A DNA stretch of 64,000 nt from contig NIVC01000036.1 in NCBI GenBank assembly GCA_002269645.1, forward strand, positions 62,001 to 126,000, written 5' to 3'. Position numbers and translations under genes: made by a program. This DNA is from Macrostomum lignano. Lineage: Eukaryota. This document shows, piece after piece, positions 33,068-44,659 of this stretch (the stretch's first letter is position 1; every line of letters starts with the position of its first letter). Below the pieces are notes generated by a model. That model did no database searches and was not told where the DNA came from. It saw only the letters and a program-made list of their open reading frames with translations.

Positions 33068-33659
33068 CGTTGCTGGGCTCTCCGCTGCCCCACAGGCTGG
33101 CGTCGAAGCCGTCGGCTCCGCACTGCCCGGAGTCTGGAAGCCGCCGACCCACATGGAGACGCCGCCACCCTTCGTGTTGTAAATTTGCTGCACATGAGCC
33201 AGCTCATTGCCGTCGATCACGTCCGCCATGATCACCAGACCGCTCTCCGACTCGCACCTGTCTCTGCACTGCCCAGGTGTTGATCGTATTGAAGAGCTTG
33301 TACTTCACTCCGCAGTGGTCGTCTCCGTAGTCGGACGGACACAGCGCGCCCGGCTCGAGTCCCGGCTGCTGCTTCACGAACACCCGGCCTCTCCTGGAGC
33401 AGCCGCAGTCCCTCACCGACTTGCTGCATTTTTCGAAAACGAACAGCTGGCACGGACCGTCAGCCAGGCTGAACGCCTGGCAGTGCGTCTCCCTGCTGCA
33501 GAATGAAGAGCACTGGATGCTCGATTTAGCGTGTGAATAGGTTCTTATGAACTCAGGCCGGGTGCAGAGCGAGCCGTTGATGGCGTGGAACACCTGGCCT
33601 GGGGACACACCGGGTGAGCTCAGCAGCAGCAGCAGGGACACAACTTTCATTGATGTCAT
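33068..33659 (-). pseudogene. Divergent PAN+CTLD copy (class B) with frameshift, internal deletion and 3' truncation after EPSN
   Basis: PAN patch TYSHAKSSIQCSSFCSRETHC; frameshift at about 33260; WRWVACNI deleted; fused to the 3' flank of the 31713 copy. Confidence 0.88.
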
Positions 33660-34589
33660 GTTCGACGCTCTCAAGTTCTTATGGGCTGTTTGGGCTGAGT
33701 TGAAAATAAACTGCAAAATATTTGCAGAAAGAGATGCACTTTATGGCCGCCCTGATGTTTGAAGCCTCAGTGAGCATCTCTGCTCTGGCCAATCCAAGGG
33801 ATCTGTTATAATATTTGGACTTGGGAATTTCGCCAATTGGCCAAACGGATGAGCTGCATGAGCTGCAGTCGCTTGTAGACCAAATGTGCAGTTTTGAATG
33901 TCTGCTCCAGTCTGGTGAGCAGGTGGCTGAGCTTCTCCAGTGCGAGCAGGTGTCAGCGGGTCCATGAAAATCGATGCCGACCCTAACGCTAAACCTAAAC
34001 CCTAAGCAAGTTGCAAGTTCCTAGTCATGTGCAAGTATTGCCAAGAACAAGATTGAAAAAATTATTTTATTGTGTTTTTTAAACGGATTTCACAATTTGC
34101 TATTCGACTCAGCGTTTGAATGGGGTGAATTAGTGGCAGGGGGCTGTGTGCACTCTGGCGCACTTTAAGCGACATTGCCACACAACCGGCGAGAGGCATT
34201 ACTGCTTATTCCATCGAATCCCCTGAGCAGGCAAACAGGCGCGCGGATACGTACGCAGTCATACTGTACCAACACTTCTAACAAACTGCAACTGTAACGA
34301 CTGACTCCAACCAATTTTTAACTGCTTGCCTTCTAATATCTATATCTCAAGACGACTAATGAAGATTTTGTTAACGGTGTGTATTTGTTATTTACAATTG
34401 TTTGCCATACCATAGGCACTAGTAGCAGAGTTATAAGTCAGGAGTAAATCAATAGGTCTCCAAGCTTCTATCCACGTTTTGGTACTTGAAATGAATCCTG
34501 ATGAAAATTCTCCCCCATCCCCCATGCCCCCGTGGTTCGCTGTAAGCTTTGAAAATTTGGGCTGAACCTCCTAACGAACAGAGCTCTAA

Positions 34590-34760
34590 GGAAGGCAAGT
34601 TATATCAAAAGATGAACATTGGGTCTGCCTCCTATCAAAGGAAATAACCATTTTTGTTCTGAAATAATGAAAACCCATCTCCGTAATGCTTTTTTCGGTA
34701 AAACCTGCCTCCTAAAATTTTCCAAGAAACAGCTTCCGTCACACTTGAGTAGTATAAGGA
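34590..34760. mobile_element. Diverged relic of the 6137-6832 MITE right arm
   Basis: ATATCAAAAGATGA.C..TGG.TCTGCCTCCTATCAAA ... ATCTCCGTA.TG matches 6667-6755. Confidence 0.6.
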
Positions 34761-36007
34761 TCATATTTAATCGACTATTGTAGGGACTATTAAGAATAGG
34801 ATTTAGGTTAGGTTAGGTTTGGAAATTAGAAAACTGTTGTTATCAGAGCGTGGTGGAGTGTACGCTCGTAGCAGTTGTGGACAGCTGCACTCTTACAAAA
34901 AGCCACAAGTGTTTGATAACGGCATTGTAAAGGGCGAGTGCAGGCCGCCTTAACTTCACTTATTTCCACTTTAAAGATTATTTATGCATTTTATGTGAGG
35001 CGGGGATTCAACTACATCTAATACTATACAAGTTGTATCAGATGACCCACAAGCGAGGAAGGTCCGTTGAATCGGCCGGAACGTTGCGAGCCTGGGAACG
35101 GCGCGTTATCTGATGATGCGAACTTTTTGAAGGGGTTGCGTGAGGGAAATTTATTATAAATACCGCGATGGTTGAACATCTATCCTCACCTGTTGTTCAA
35201 CGGGGGTTCAGCTAGGCTAGACGCGGATCAGCCCTAGGAGGGGGCTCTGCGGGGCTCTGCGGCAGAGGTGTGTAGAGGGGTGGGTCCACCAAGGGTACTA
35301 GACCCGGGTCACCTGAAAATTGGATTCCTCCTGTTCGTAGAGCACAAAGCAAGTTTTTTGGGCTGCGCACAAAGTTTCGCAGACTATTGGAGAGGCCGGA
35401 GGGAGAGCCAGAGCCATAAGAGGCAAGATTGGGCGCCTTTAGGGGCGAAAAATTTTGGGGGTCCTAACTGCGAAGCTCAATTTTTATTCCATGGCCAGCT
35501 CACCGTTATCTTAGTTTGATCAGATCCGGCCTCCTCAGAGACCAGCATCCGCTGACGTAAACTACCCTTCAGGCAGGGCCCTGTAGGCAACCAGTGAGAT
35601 CGATTGCATCTCTGGACTGCGAGCCGTATTGCCACCCCGTACCCCAGGTGCGAGCCAGTCGCCAATACTGCTGAGTACAATCCAAGATGCCAGATCCCCG
35701 ATCTATTCTTCACTTACTTACTCACTCACTTACTTACTTAATTACTTACTTACTTATAATTAGTCCTTGATTTTCAATAAGTTATTAAAAAATCTGCGAC
35801 AACTTCAAGACGACATGAGCTTACGCTCATAAACCGACTCTGAAGGAATTTTAGGAGACTGTCGATTATAATTCATTCGGGTTGATGGCGTTGTTGCGAC
35901 TGCAGAGTTTGCAAAACTGCCTCCTGCGTAATGCAGTTTTTTTGCAGCTGTGAACGCCAGAGATTCAACAATTGAAAGCCTGTCTTTACGAGTATAAAGA
36001 CGCCATT

Positions 36008-37457
36008 TCCCGCCAGGCCGGCCCATCGTGTCTGACGTGCACAGCGAGTCATATGCCAGCGGCCGCTTCATCGACTGCAGCCGATCGTCATCAGGGATAC
36101 CGACCACTTTCAGGCGGCCATCAGAGACATCACCTGCCCGGCGCCGGGTGAGACCTTTCTGTTCACCATGGACGTCTCCAGCCTGTACACCAACATCCTG
36201 ACCGCGGACGGACTCGAGTGCGTGCGGAGGGCCTTCAGGGAGCACCCGGACGCCCGGCGCCCGGACGCGAGCCTCCTCAGTCTGCTCAAGCTGAACCTGG
36301 AGCGCAACGACTTCGAATTCGACGGGAAACTTTTCCTGCAAGTGAAAGGCACGGCCATGGGGAAGTCGTTTGCACCCAGCTACAGCAACATCTACATGGG
36401 CTACTGGGAGCAGCGGGGCCTGGAGCTCAGCCCGCAGAAGCCCGCCCTGTGGCTGCGCTACATCGACGACATCTTTGGCGCCTGGCACGGAACGAGAGAC
36501 GAGCTGGTCCGCTTCCACGAGCTCCTGGATGGCCTCGACCCGAACATCAGGTTGCAGCTGAGCTACAGCAGCACCGAGGTCAACTTCCTGGACACCACCG
36601 TCTTCTGGGACCGCGAGGGGGACTCCAAGCGTCTGGCGACCAGAGTCTTCTTCAAGCCCACGGACAGCCGAGCTCTTATCCACCGCGACTCATTTCACCC
36701 AAGGCGGACTTTCAAGGGTGTGGTCAAGTCCCAGCTCATCAGATACGCCCGCAGGTGCTCCCAGATAGTCGACTTCAACGCGGCCTGTACCGAGCTGATG
36801 TCGAATCTGGCGCAGCACCAGGGCTACAACAGGCGATTTCTACGCGATGTCAAGTATGAGGTGCTGGCGGAGTTGGGCTTCTACCCGACAAGGCGGTGGG
36901 AGTTCGGCTTCCTGCCTTGCAACCCGGTCCGGCTGTGCAAGTGCTGCCTTCACGCCAGGTTCACCTCTGTCTGTCCGGGATCCGCGTCCACGACCGTCAC
37001 GATCACCATCAACCAGAGGATCGACTGCAACTCAATCAACGCCGTCTACACCGTGTTCTGCCGCCGCTGCGGCTGCACGGTCTACGTCGGCGAGACGGTC
37101 AACAGCATCCGCGGCCGCATGCTAGCGCACGTCGGCGACATCAGGCACGCACGCGACACTCCAGTGGCCCGCCACTTCAGCAACCATGGCCACAGCCTCG
37201 AGGACTTCGCCTTCACTGGAGTGTGGACGCGAGACGGCTCTGGGTCCAAGGCCAATGAACGGCGTCAACGCCGGGAAGCCAAGCTCATCGCGGTCCTGAA
37301 GACTCTGGTCCCACATGGCGCCAACGAGCTGGCCGGGGTGCTGCACAATCTAGCGATCCCACTGATCGTGCCGCACTGCGCTGGGTCGGACACCCTGGTT
37401 GCCAAGGTGAGGGACGGCATGGCACGGCACTGCGATGCCCCTGTACTGCCGGATTAG
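36008..37457 (+). mobile_element. Penelope-like element, Neptune-type, truncated at both ends
   Basis: PPGRPIVSD; MDVSSLYTNI; GTAMGKSFAPSYSNIYMG; RYIDD; NFLD; Cys-rich linker CNPVRLCKCCLH; VYTVFCRRCGCTVYVGET (GIY-YIG). Confidence 0.92.
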
Positions 37458-38329
37458 AATCTCCAGGGCTCCGGCCAGTTTTGGGTCGCCGATTCGGAGG
37501 CTGCAAATGGGCTGGGATCTCCGACCGGAGACCTTAAAGGGTTTAAGATCTCCATCGGAAAATACAAACCGTTACATGTAGAAGATCGATAACCGTTGTG
37601 GAATCTCAGGGCATGGTCAGGTCTCCCCATCCGGAGATCCTAAACCAGATTATGTTGTCCCTCGGAGATTCTGCACCGTTTGCCGATCTCCATCACGACT
37701 GCAAAAACTAAGGTTTGATTCAGGATCTCTGGTTACCGATCTCTCCCATATTTATCTAGTCAGAAATTCTAATCTTTTTATTGTGAATAGTTACCTATCA
37801 CATTCGCGTAATTTTGTGTTGGATCTCCCGGCCAGAGATCTTTAACTCCGGAGAACAGAAACCCTAACACCGGAGCGCAGCCCCGAACCAAGGCGCAGTC
37901 AGAGACTGAGACAAAACCAAGAGTTTTCTACAGGACCTGATTCACGGACTACTTAAGTAGACTTAAGTTAACAAAAATTAAGTAGTCCCTGATCTGATTG
38001 GGGAAGGCTGACTGGGACTTGACCTGAACGGAACTAACTAAAGGGAGGAGATGCTATGTATGGCTTAGCCATAGATATGAATTTTAGCACAGGCTGCTCT
38101 TTATTTTTTCAAGTTGAACTACTATGCTCATACGTCAAAAAGCAAGGTTTATAAAAATAGAGCCCTGAATCTCGGCTCAGGATTGAGCAAAAATATGTCA
38201 TTTAGCGGCTACGAGCTGCTACTCCAAAACCAATGACAGTCTCAGACATAACAAAATCACCTAATTCAAGTAAAATTTTCAAAGAATGGAATGAAAATTT
38301 TTGAATAAACGACATTTAGCTTCTGACCT

Positions 38330-39225
38330 CTCAGCCTTGATATTTTAACTATTCCCCCAGTAAGCCTTGACATCTCAGCAATTCCCCCAGTAAGCCTTGA
38401 CATCTCAGCAATTCCCCCAGTAAGCCTTGACATCTCAGCAATTCCCCCAGTAAGCCTTGACATCTCAGCAATTCCCCCAGTAAGCCTTGACATCTCAGCA
38501 ATTCCCCAGTAAGCCTTGACATCTCAGCAATTCCCCAGTAAGCCTTGACATCTCAGCAATTCCCCAAGTAAGCCTCGACATCTCAGCAGTTCCCCCAGTA
38601 AGCCTTGACATCTCAGCAATTCCCCCAGTAAGCCTTGACATCTCAGCAATTCCCCCAGTAAGCCTTGACATCTCAGCAATTCCCCCAGTAAGCCTTGACA
38701 TCTCAGCAATTCCCCAGTAAGCCTTGACATCTCAGCAATTCCCCAAGTAAGCCTCGACATCTCAGCAGTTCCCCAGTAAGCCTTGACATCTCAGCAATTC
38801 CCCCAGTAAGCCTTGACATCTCAGCAATTCCCCAGTAAGCCTTGACATCTCAGCAATTCCCCCAGTAAGCCTTGACATCTCAGCAATTCCCCAGTAAGCC
38901 TTGACATCTCAGCAATTCCCCCAGTAAGCCTTGACATCTCAGCAATTCCCCAAGTAAGCCTCGACATCTCAGCAATTCCCCCAGTAAGCCTTGACATCTC
39001 AGCAATTCCCCCAGTAAGCCTTGACATCTCAGCAATTCCCCCAGTAAGCCTTGACATCTCAGCAATTCCCCAAGTAAGCCTCGACATCTCAGCAGTTCCC
39101 CAGTAAGCCTTGACATCTCAGCAATTCCCCCAGTAAGCCTTGACATCTCAGCAATTCCCCCAGTAAGCCTTGACATCTCAGCAATTCCCCCAGTAAGCCT
39201 TGACATCTCAGCAATTCCAGTAAGA
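38330..39225 (-). repeat. Homogeneous 29-30-bp minisatellite (CAGTAAGCCTTGACATCTCAGCAATTCCCC)n
   Basis: Read directly from the sequence. Confidence 0.97.
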
Positions 39226-39770
39226 CCCCCCACATATCATAGATCGACAGAAAACATCAGTAAAGCAGGGGCCATCAACCATGTCAGAAAAATCCGAGAC
39301 AATGACTTTGTCCAGCCAGTCGCTGTCGGAGTGGGCCTTTTAAACTTACTGCTGGAGCGTGAATAGGAATGACTGGTGCAACGGAGCGGCAAGAAGAGCA
39401 CGAAACAATCAGAAGCAGGATTTTCTGCTTCAAGCGCTTTCATGCCTGAAACCAGCTGCGAGCCTCTGCAGACCTGCGCTGTCGATTGCTTTCTTGCTTT
39501 TAAGCTCCTTCCTTGCTTGCTTATTGAGAGCCTCTGAAAGTTATAAAAAGCATATATATAACGGCAAGCAATTGTTTTTTGTAGCATTGCTCCACAGCAA
39601 AATTCCCAAGTCCAAATATTATAACAGATCCCTTGGATTGGCCAGAGCAGAGCTGCTCACTGAGGCTTCAAACATCAGGGCGGCCATAAAGTGCGTCTCT
39701 TTCTGCAAATATTTTGCAGTTTATTTTCAACTCAGCCCAAACAGCCCATAAAAAGTTGAGAGCGTCGAAA

Positions 39771-40508
39771 ATGACATCAATGAAAGTTGTGTCCCTGCTG
39801 CTGCTGCTGCTGAGCTCACCCGCTGTGTCCCCTGGCCAGGTGTTCCACGCCATCAACGGCTCGCTCTGCATCCGGCCAGAGTTCGTCAGAAACGAGCCCC
39901 TGGCAAAGTTGAGCGTCGAGTGCTCGCTGCTCTGCAGCATAGAGCCGCGCTGTCAGGCGTTCAGCCTGGCTGACGGTCCGTGCCAGCTGTTCGTGTTCGA
40001 CAAGTGCAGCAAGTCGGTGAGGGACTGCGGCTGCTCCAGGAGAGGCCGGGTGTTTTTGAAGCAGCAGCCAGGACTCGAGCCGGGTGCGCTGTGTCCGTCC
40101 GACTTCGGAGACGACCACTGCGGAGTGAAGTACAAGCTCTTCAATACGACCAACACCTGGACAGTGCAGAGACAGAGGTGCGAGTCGGAGAGCGGTCTGG
40201 TGATCATGGCGGACGTGATCGACAGCGCCGAGCTGGCTGCCATCGGACAAGTTTTCAACACGAAGGGTGGCGGCGTCTCCATGTGGGTCGGCGGCTTCCA
40301 GACTCCGGGCAGTGCGGAGCCCGGCGGAGGCTGGCGCTGGGTGGCCTGCAACATCAGCTTCGACGCCAGCCTGTGGGGCAGCGGAGAACCCGACAACCGG
40401 TACAGAGGTACCGAGAACGCGGTGGCCGCCCGAACCTTTCTGGGAGACGCTGACAGTCGCAGCGCAGTCAGAACCGGTCTGTGCGAGTGCCTGTCGCCGT
40501 TCAACTGA
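39771..40508 (+). CDS. Secreted PAN/apple + CTLD protein, intact (245 aa, class B)
   Basis: Open from MTSMKVVSLL to SPFN*. Confidence 0.85.
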   Translation: MTSMKVVSLLLLLLSSPAVSPGQVFHAINGSLCIRPEFVRNEPLAKLSVECSLLCSIEPRCQAFSLADGPCQLFVFDKCSKSVRDCGCSRRGRVFLKQQPGLEPGALCPSDFGDDHCGVKYKLFNTTNTWTVQRQRCESESGLVIMADVIDSAELAAIGQVFNTKGGGVSMWVGGFQTPGSAEPGGGWRWVACNISFDASLWGSGEPDNRYRGTENAVAARTFLGDADSRSAVRTGLCECLSPFN

Positions 40509-40810
40509 CGCACTGATAAATTAATCTGATCCGTCAGATCAGAAGGCAACACCAGCCTCTGATTTAATCAGTTTGAAAACTAATGCTCGTCATTTTTATC
40601 GGATTTTAAAGCCTCAGTCAGTCTTTACTCTTTTGATAACACCTTCATATTTAATACAGTGTTAACCGCAGCTGTTTCACAGGTTTCGTTATTACACTTT
40701 AACTCACGGACCCAGGTTTAAATTAGATAAATTTAATGCGAGTTCTGTTTTATCTGAACGAGATGTCAAGACGCATAGGAGGAATTGCTGAGATGGCAAG
40801 ACACATTGGG

Positions 40811-43800
40811 CCTTGACTTACTTGACTTAGCTGCAGGGCTGTTCCAGAAGGGACACAGCGGGAAGGCGCGAACGCCCATTCCGCTAATCCCTGAACGGCC
40901 GACGCATCGCTATGAGCGAAGGGTTGGCCCGCCCAGGGAGGTCTCCCAGTGTCGCCAGCAGCCATGATGCTCTCTGAATGGGAGAGTTCAGCCCTGCGGG
41001 TGGCCTGGAGGTAGCGCATGAGCTGATTAAAATTTTCGGGTTTGCACGCTTCAGTAATATATGTGTGTGGTCCGAGGTAAGTGAGTCTGGCTCGCATGAA
41101 GGCGGGACAGATGCTGACGAAATGCTCAGCGGTTTCGTCACCTGAGTTACAGAAACTGCAGATGGCGTTGGTGGCGTTGCCCTGCAGGTACTGGTGCCTG
41201 GAGAAGCAGCCGTGACCAGAGAGGGTCATGGTGGCAGCCCTGATGTCTCTTCGCGAGAGGCGCAAGAGGAGCTTCAGGAGCTGGCGAGAGGGCTGAGGGA
41301 CAGCGCCTCTGAATTGCCTGCAAGTAGTGCAGTTCGCCCAGGCTGAGTGGTGCTGGGTCCTGATCTACGTTTTGATGCGCGAGTCGATGACACAGCCGGG
41401 AATCGGGACAAGAGGTTCAGGCCCGAGAGAGGAGCCGGAGGCGCCAACTTTTGCAAGGGCGTCGGCTAACTCATTCCATCGGATCCCTACATGCCCCGGA
41501 ACCCACTAGGGTAGTTTTGTTGGTGGAACCTAACATATTAAGAAGTTTGATACAGTCAAGGACTGTAGCAGAGTTGACGCTGCAGCCACAGATGGCGTGC
41601 AAGGCAGCTTGGCTGTCCGAATGGAAAATGATGCTCTTACCGGTTACGCCAGTGGTGAGGAGCTCTGCGGTGCAGGAGCTGATGGCGATAACTTCATTTT
41701 GGAAAACACTGGAGTTGACCCCAGTGTATTGAGCGTGGGTAGCGATGACCCTACCGTTCAGGAAGATCCCAACACCAAAGCCGGTGTTGGCTGACTGCTT
41801 AGAACCGTCGGTGTAGCAATGAAGCTCACCAGGGTTCCAGTGGTCATTGATGGTATCGCGCGGGTCGATAGCTACAGAGTAGCGTTGTCTCAGGTTGAGC
41901 GTTGAAGCAATGCCATCGGTGAAGATGTGATTGGCCTCGCACTCACTGAGAATGTTGAGGCACCGGTCGCTATGTGGAACAAGGAGCAGGTGCTCTCATG
42001 TAGAGGAATTTTACGCCGGCAAAGGACGTGGACCTAGTGGCATTGCAGATAAGCCTACACGCTCTACCCTGGATCGTGTTGAGCATCTCTGCATGGGTTT
42101 TGATCTGGGTGGCGCTGACCCAGACAACAGAGGCGTATGTAATAGCAGGTCTAATTATGGAAGTGTAGATCAAGGCGTGTCAGTTGAGCATCAAGGACTG
42201 TCTGAGAGATCAGTCCTCAGCCAAGCCTGGAGATGGACGGCTGTTGCCCGGGCCACACACATAAAAATCAGAGTAGCCAGAAGGAATGTTGGGCACCAGG
42301 GTTCCTGGATCAGGATGAGGCCTGGCCTGTACAGCTCAGCAATATTCATCAGATTTACTGACGCAGATACGCAATGCTGTAAATTAATTTGCAGACAGAA
42401 TGTCGCTCCTTTTGCAGCGTGGAGCTTAGCCATACTGTACTAAATGCAAGACTGGCTCGAACCCCGGGCCATCAAGGAGACTTGGACAACAGTTCGCCCT
42501 CGTCCAAGGCCCCCACCAGCCCCCTACCCCCCCCCCCCCGGCAGAGTCCTCAGGCTCCGATGACAGGATGGAGGAGGTTTCCTCATCTGCATCTTTGCCC
42601 TCAGACCCCATCAGAGTGGCCGAGGAGAGCTCGGATTCTGAAGACCCAGTTTCATCCTCAACTCCTTCTTCGGCTGGCTTGGCCGGAGCCGTCGCCACAG
42701 ACGCCGAATTGCTTCTAGCAGAGGGGCGAGGTGCAGCATCGGCTTTAGGATTGGCTTGCGCCTTTCCTTGGGCCTCAGACTGCGCCCCGCTCTTGCCGGA
42801 GATGCCGGGGTTGGCAGTAGCCTTCCCTTTGGCAGACTTTCCTCGGCGCAACTTGAGCTTGAGGGCACCCAGCTGGAAAGAGGATCCATTAGGGTACCGA
42901 CTCGCCCAAGCGTTGGAAAGGCCGAGGACAATTGATTTACCCGTCTCCCCCCTGCGGACATTGCGGTGATACACCAGTCCACTAGCAGGGAGGTCGGGAT
43001 TCAGGCGCAGTAGGACCCGGCGGATAACGTCTGGTCCAGCTGCGGTGCTCTCTGCAGGGACAAAAACCGCATAGCTGCCGCTTGGCGCGTTGCTTAGCGC
43101 GTTTGCGCTCAAGCCGAGCCCGCTGAGCTGCGTCGGATCTGCCAGATTTGGCCGGTCCTTTGGGCTCAGAGCTCGCGGTTCCCTTTGATCCACCAGCAGA
43201 GCTGGCAGGTCTTTGGATACTTTGGTTTTGGCAGCTCTGGTTGGATCTGCCGGCAGAGCCAGCCGATCCTCCCTTTGCCACAGTTGAATCAGTCGGTTGG
43301 GATCTGCCAGCAGGGCCGGCCGGTCCTTCGGACTGAGGTTGGGGTTTAGAAGGATCCCCGTCCTTAGGTAAAGTTTGTTTATCCATAGTCGGCTCGAAGG
43401 CCATTATAAAGGTTGGTGGGCTACCCTCGAAGGGGCGCGATACCCACCCGGCCGCTCCACCTGACCGGGCAGTAGGCCAAAAGAACCCTCAAAGCTGGCC
43501 CGACACCAGGAGGGGGACCGCTTGCGACCGGACTACTCCCCGGCCTTCCAGCCCATCGGCACGGTCGAACATCTTAGGCATCAGAGGGTACGTTGAGCAG
43601 TACCACGGCCTGCGAAGTTCGGCCGTAGCCACTGGATGGGTCACCAGCGCCGGAGCCCAGTCTGTCCGGCAGCCCTAGGATCTGCCTTGAACACACGCGG
43701 GGACGGGTACCCCTGGGTCGGCTTGCGAGACAGCGTGGGGGGGGGTCTGCGGCTGCCAGAGGCAAACAGAGGGTGCAGACCTCCCACCGGCCTTTACCTG

Positions 43801-43901
43801 CTGAAGATAGGGGCAGGCGTGAAGCATCGCAGAACTTAGCCCTTGGGCCTGGTCTGTCTCATACTTCACTGGCATGCTGAATACGCCTTTGCGAGCAAAC
43901 T
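40811..43901 (-). mobile_element. LOA/R1-group non-LTR retrotransposon, internally deleted (ORF1, APE start, post-RT region, RNase H, Zn knuckle)
   Basis: ORF1 at about 43404-42430; QINLQHC..IQEPW joined directly to IYTSIIRPAITYASVVW; RNase H YTDGSK; LSGHGCFSRH..CSFCNSGDETAEHFVSIC. Possible 7-bp TSD CATTGGG at 40804-40810 and 43902-43908. Confidence 0.8.
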
Positions 43902-44659
43902 CATTGGGAGATTACTGAACTGCTATGGCTCATGGATGTTGCTGAGATGCTAATATTTTCTAGTTTTTTTAATTCAACAAATGCCTAAAATGAGAGGTGT
44001 CTAGCCAACCTTCTGGTCTCCCAATTACACCAATATTGATGGGCTGCAGAGGGCAGAAACGAGCTGTATCGCCGAGGTGCATAGAATTCAAGTTTTTTAA
44101 ATCTGAAATGCCAAAAAAGCAACTCTGCCTACTTACTAAGTAGTAAAAAGGGTGGCATTTTTAGCGTCCCTGTCAGTACAGTGAGTATATTTGACCTCAT
44201 CTCAGGCTCTCTACGGCCTCTCCAATCCCCTGGGGCTGGTTGCTAGGCGGTGTCCCCAAGTATTCGTGCTGCAATCGAATTTCGTTCATGCAAACTCAAG
44301 CGCACTAGAAAAGTTCTCCACGGAGGAAAAATTGGTCTCGTTAGCCTATGAGCATGGCCTGGGTTTATCCAGACTTGATTTCCTGAGACCTGGATTAACT
44401 AACACACGAAACAAACTAGCTGATATATTCAGCAAAAAAGGTCTGGCCTGTCGCAACTGTAAATTGGAAAACAGAAGTTAATATATGAATTATTCAGTAG
44501 TTTGCAGTAGATTGCGCTGCCTTGACATTTCAGCGTGCATTCACCATAATGACAGTTAAGTAAATGCACCCACCACATGTGAACTTACTGCCCGCCCGCT
44601 AATATACTAAAAAGGTGTCTTCTAGAATGCATCGTATAAATGACGCAGTATGGTATCAG

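Noticed and set aside
35051-35096. Hammerhead upstream of the 36 kb PLE
   Set aside because: The core is degenerate (GCGAGGA...GGAA); at most a relic.
10980-40508. Diversity-generating retroelement (C-type lectin-fold variable region with RTs nearby)
   Set aside because: Differences among the loop regions are not adenine-specific and include indels. No template repeat/variable repeat pair is evident. The RTs present are ordinary LINE and PLE enzymes.
43820-43901. HDV-like ribozyme at the LOA-like LINE 5' end (GCUAA motif)
   Set aside because: I could not find complementary P1 and P2 strands by eye.
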